Assembly (NCBI GenBank): GCA_965195345.1
Contig: OZ239628.1
Coordinates: 864,001 to 928,000, forward strand
Reading direction: 5' to 3'
Length of the DNA stretch: 64,000 nt
Source of the DNA: an uncultured Thiomicrospira sp.
GTDB taxonomy: Bacteria; Pseudomonadota; Gammaproteobacteria; CAKMZV01
In this document: piece by piece, positions 59,381-64,000 of the stretch
Numbering within the stretch: position 1 is the stretch's first letter
Layout: every line of letters begins with the position of its first letter
Made by a program: the position numbers and the translations under genes
Notes under the pieces: generated by a model
Database searches by the model: none
Told to the model about the DNA's origin: nothing
Seen by the model: only the letters and a program-made list of their open reading frames with translations

Positions 59381-61135
59381 TTACTGTCCGCGCTTAAACC
59401 AGCTATTCATTTCGGACATATTGAAATTTCGAATTATGGGGCGCCCGTGGTTACAGACTTCTCCTGATTCTGTGTTTTCAAGTTGACGCAAAAGAAGATT
59501 CATTTCGGTAATATTCATTGGTCGATTGGCTCGCACTGCAGCATGACAGGCGATGGTGGAAAGAAAAGAATCAATATTTGTTTGAATGCGCTCTGAATGG
59601 ACACTTTCCAAAGATAAATCAGATAGGGCGTCAAGAACTGTTTTTTTAATGTCAGAATTAATCAAAATGGAAGGTATCTGTCTAATGATTGCAGCGCTAT
59701 TGCTGGCTGGTTCTATAATGAATTTGAGCGATTCAAAATGACTTTGATGCATTTGGAGAACACTAAATTCGTTCGCGCTTAATGAAAGGCTAATAGGAAC
59801 TAGTAATTGTTGGGCAGTCAAGCTTGTAGCGTCTAAATGTTTCTTAAGTTTTTGGTAAAGAATACGTTCATGTGCCCCATGTGCATCAACAACACACATA
59901 CCATTTTGCGTCATGCTGATAATGAATACACCATGAATGTAGGCGACAGCTTCTCCCAATGGATGCTCTGTATCAACCGAAGTGTACTCAAGTGGATTTG
60001 AATCTTTTACAAAGAGCGCGTAATCTTGAAACGACTGAGGATTGTTGCTTGAGTTCGCTTGATATGAAGAATAACTTGCTTTTTGCATTGGAAGTTTGGG
60101 ATTTTCTAATACGGGAATATTTTTTTTGACTAGAGGAGTGCCTTTAGCACTGTCTTTAATTGGTCGGGTAATAACATGGTGTATCGCTTGTTGGATGAAG
60201 GAAAATATATTCGTATCACGAAATCGAACCTCTGATTTTTCAGGATGAACGTTAACATCAACGGCGTTTGGAGGCAGTTGTAAATAACAAATGAATGCAG
60301 GGAATCGGTCGTGGTACATTTGATCGCGGTAGGCTCTTTTAGCGGCACCTGAGAGTAGTTTGTCACGTACTATTCGATTATTAACAAACCAATATTGCAT
60401 GTTTCCTTGTGGGCGCGAGAAGACAGGTTTTGCCAAAAAACCATGCAATCTTAAATCACCTTGTGTAACGTCAATGGCAATCATTGACTCTTTAAATTCT
60501 TCGCCGCATATTTGAAGAATACGCTGCTTGAATGACTCTTCGTCAGTACCTGCTGCGCATTTGAAAACATTGCGTTGATTATGAGATACGCTAAACCCAC
60601 AATGAGGCCAGCCTAAGGATAATCGGTGTATGGTATTTAGACATTGGCGAAATTCGGTTGATTCCGAACGCATAAATTTGCGTCTTGCTGGTAGATTGTA
60701 AAACAGCTCGCGTATAGAGACATTAGTACCCACAGTACCTGCTGACGGTTGAACGTCACCATCACTAAACTTCCAACTGTGTGGAGCATCCGCTGTGCGA
60801 GAAGTAATTGAAAAATGACTGACAGCATTTATACTTGCTAAAGCTTCCCCTCTAAACCCTAACGTTTCAATGGACTCAAGATCGGATGAAGAAGCTATCT
60901 TACTGGTTGCATGTGACCACACAGTACGAGGCAAATCTTCCTTATCAATGCCGTGTCCATTATCATTAACAATAATGCTTTTGAGCCCGCCTTTTTCAAG
61001 ATGAATATTGATTTCAGTAGCATTAGCATCGATGGCATTTTCAATTAACTCTTTGATGACGGATGCTGGACGTTCAACAACTTCACCTGCAGCTATCTGA
61101 TTAGATAATTCATTTGATAGAAGTTTGATTTTCAT
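59381..61135 (-). CDS. mutL: DNA mismatch repair protein MutL
   Basis: NQIAAGEVVERPASV, GFRGEALASI and DVNVHP, plus endonuclease-type motifs DAHGAHERILY, ACH and CNHGRP. Confidence 0.97.
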   Translation of the reverse strand: MKIKLLSNELSNQIAAGEVVERPASVIKELIENAIDANATEINIHLEKGGLKSIIVNDNGHGIDKEDLPRTVWSHATSKIASSSDLESIETLGFRGEALASINAVSHFSITSRTADAPHSWKFSDGDVQPSAGTVGTNVSIRELFYNLPARRKFMRSESTEFRQCLNTIHRLSLGWPHCGFSVSHNQRNVFKCAAGTDEESFKQRILQICGEEFKESMIAIDVTQGDLRLHGFLAKPVFSRPQGNMQYWFVNNRIVRDKLLSGAAKRAYRDQMYHDRFPAFICYLQLPPNAVDVNVHPEKSEVRFRDTNIFSFIQQAIHHVITRPIKDSAKGTPLVKKNIPVLENPKLPMQKASYSSYQANSSNNPQSFQDYALFVKDSNPLEYTSVDTEHPLGEAVAYIHGVFIISMTQNGMCVVDAHGAHERILYQKLKKHLDATSLTAQQLLVPISLSLSANEFSVLQMHQSHFESLKFIIEPASNSAAIIRQIPSILINSDIKKTVLDALSDLSLESVHSERIQTNIDSFLSTIACHAAVRANRPMNITEMNLLLRQLENTESGEVCNHGRPIIRNFNMSEMNSWFKRGQ

Positions 61136-61160
61136 GGAACTAACGCAAAATTTGCGATAA

Positions 61161-62573
61161 TCAATTATTAGGGATCACTAATACTTGTCCGATAAGGATA
61201 TCATTGGTTGTTAAATTATTTCGTTTTTTCAAGTCGGTTACTCGAATGTTGTAAAGTTGAGCTATGTGATATAGCGTATCTCCATTCTGAACACGATATT
61301 CTTCTTCTTCTTCCTTAGAGTCGAACTTGGGTAGCGAGCGGCGCACAATGAGGTGCTTATTTTTGTATTCGCGCAATCCTTTGAAAATTGTTTGTGCGAT
61401 ACGCTTTTGTACAGTTTTTGAGGATAATCGCTTAGCATCTTCTTTGTTGGTGATAAATCCAGTCTCAATTAATATAGCAGAGATTGATGAACGTAAAACA
61501 GCAAAGTTTGCGCTATGTGTTTTTTTAAATGCAATAGGTCCTATAGAGGATAAATTTTTCAACATGATTTGTGCAAGCATTGCGCTTTGATTGCTTTTGG
61601 CTTGCAATTGGATTTCAGATAAAGCTTTTTTGAGATCACTTGGCATGTTGTCGAAGTCAACATCAAATCCGTCTACAATGTTTTGATTTCTAGCTAATCC
61701 CCTTGCTAGCGCGTCAGACGCTTTTTCAGAAAGCGTATATACAGATGCTCCTTTGATTTCTGGGTTGGACGGTAGGGCATCGGCGTGAATTGAAATAAAA
61801 ATATCAGCACCTGCTTGATTTGCTCGTTTTACGCGCTCCATAAGAGGTATTTTCTTATCAGTTTGCCTAGTAGCTTCCACGTCAAAGTAAGGGTCTTTCT
61901 CAAGAATCTCAAAGAGAATGCGAGAAATACTCAAGACTATGTTTTTTTCCGTCACACCATTGGCTTGGGCTCCTGGATCAATGCCTCCATGGCCCGGATC
62001 TAAAACAACCTTCGCTTTTACTTGAAATGTTTTTTCTGCGGAATTAATGTCAAGGGGTTTGTCTGTTGCAGGTGTTGATTTTAAATCCAAATCTGATGAT
62101 GAATCGCCGTTCGGTTGATCTTTCTTATAGTAACCTTTGGTAGAGGGTTTGCCAAATATTACCACTAATTGATTATTTCCTTTTTCGGTAATTAATACAT
62201 CATCAATTTCGACGTCTTTATACAAATCGAAAACAATTCGGGTTGTGAGAAAACCATCTTCTAGTCGCACTCCAGTGCGAATGTTTTTCAATATGGCATC
62301 ATCTAAATTTCGGTCAAGTTTAACGCGCGTTTTTGCATCTTTGATATCAATAACATATCGAAATGGCTTTCCTTCTCCAAAATTAGCTTGAAGCTTAAAA
62401 GCTTTATATTCAAATGATTTATTTGCATTGATATTAGCTTGAGCAGTTTCTTGATCTGCAGAATAGCTGATGTGAACGCCTAAAATAGTCGTCACTGCAT
62501 AAGACCATGTAGGGAACAGTAGAGAAAAAAACAGGGCAAGCAGAATGTAAGAGACTTTGAAATTATTTTGCAT
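61161..62573 (-). CDS. amiB: N-acetylmuramoyl-L-alanine amidase (Amidase_3 with C-terminal LysM), AmiB-like
   Basis: VLDPGHGGIDPGA, TEK, FISIHAD, ANFAVLR, LIETGF and the LysM YRVQNGDTLYHIA. Lies between tsaE and mutL. Likely ATG at 62573. Confidence 0.88.
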   Translation of the reverse strand: MQNNFKVSYILLALFFSLLFPTWSYAVTTILGVHISYSADQETAQANINANKSFEYKAFKLQANFGEGKPFRYVIDIKDAKTRVKLDRNLDDAILKNIRTGVRLEDGFLTTRIVFDLYKDVEIDDVLITEKGNNQLVVIFGKPSTKGYYKKDQPNGDSSSDLDLKSTPATDKPLDINSAEKTFQVKAKVVLDPGHGGIDPGAQANGVTEKNIVLSISRILFEILEKDPYFDVEATRQTDKKIPLMERVKRANQAGADIFISIHADALPSNPEIKGASVYTLSEKASDALARGLARNQNIVDGFDVDFDNMPSDLKKALSEIQLQAKSNQSAMLAQIMLKNLSSIGPIAFKKTHSANFAVLRSSISAILIETGFITNKEDAKRLSSKTVQKRIAQTIFKGLREYKNKHLIVRRSLPKFDSKEEEEEYRVQNGDTLYHIAQLYNIRVTDLKKRNNLTTNDILIGQVLVIPNN

Positions 62574-63034
62574 AGCTTTTACATTGTAAGCCAAAATTAT
62601 TGTTATCTTGTTGTTGTATGCGGATTTTTCGAGTGTTTTTATCAACATGCTCCATTTCTACTAGCATGTCAGGAGCAGGGAGCACAGTAGATACTATTTT
62701 TGGCCATTCTATAAGTGTTATAGATCGGGGAGTTAAACAAGAATAAAAATCAAATGCTTCTAATTCAAAAGGATCTAAAACACGATAAAAATCCGCATGA
62801 TTGATGGCTAATCCATCACTGCTTTTGTAGATGTTAAGCAATTCATAAGTTGGACTCTTCACTAAAACTTCACCACATAAAGTATGAATGAATGATCGGC
62901 AAAATGCGGTCTTACCAGCGCCTTGCTCCCCTTGTAAAAACAGCATGAGAGTGGCATTTCCTATTTGTTGAGCCAAGTCATCGGCTAGTTTACTGGCAAT
63001 GGATTGTGTTTGTGACAAGCAAGTTGCCGTTATT

Positions 63035-63042
<8 letters not shown>
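62563..63042 (-). CDS. tsaE: tRNA threonylcarbamoyladenosine biosynthesis ATPase
   Basis: GEQGAGKT, VKSPTY, HADFYR and LIEWP. Confidence 0.93.

Positions 63043-64000
<958 letters not shown>

Overview
AT-rich, gene-dense chromosome segment from a gammaproteobacterium, judged from fabA/fabB, tsaE-amiB-mutL-miaA, ftsYEX next to an M16 peptidase pair and rsmD, and cox genes with ctaG. Most of it is housekeeping or metabolic: lepAB, fabAB, dnaQ, an almost complete purine catabolic operon (puuE-uraD-alc-allA-puuD-guaD-uraH-xdhAB), an aa3/caa3-type cytochrome c oxidase, lysS, fabI, rnhA, lutABC, accA-tilS, an AGCS symporter, aroE and the 3' end of hemB. I saw no rRNA, tRNA, CRISPR array, IS element or prophage. 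The best candidates for undescribed biology are: (1) a tightly coupled operon at the left edge encoding an extended MotA/TolQ/ExbB channel, two different ExbD/MotB-like partners and a membrane-anchored FGE-sulfatase-like protein that the ORF track missed; (2) a membrane protein joining a ribosome-modulation-factor-like domain to a periplasmic DUF2914-like domain, downstream of ftsYEX; (3) a lipoprotein with six LysM-like repeats, each carrying an exact C-X19-C pair; (4) a TIGR03546-TIGR03545-like fusion. All family assignments come from recognising motifs by eye, not from database searches.
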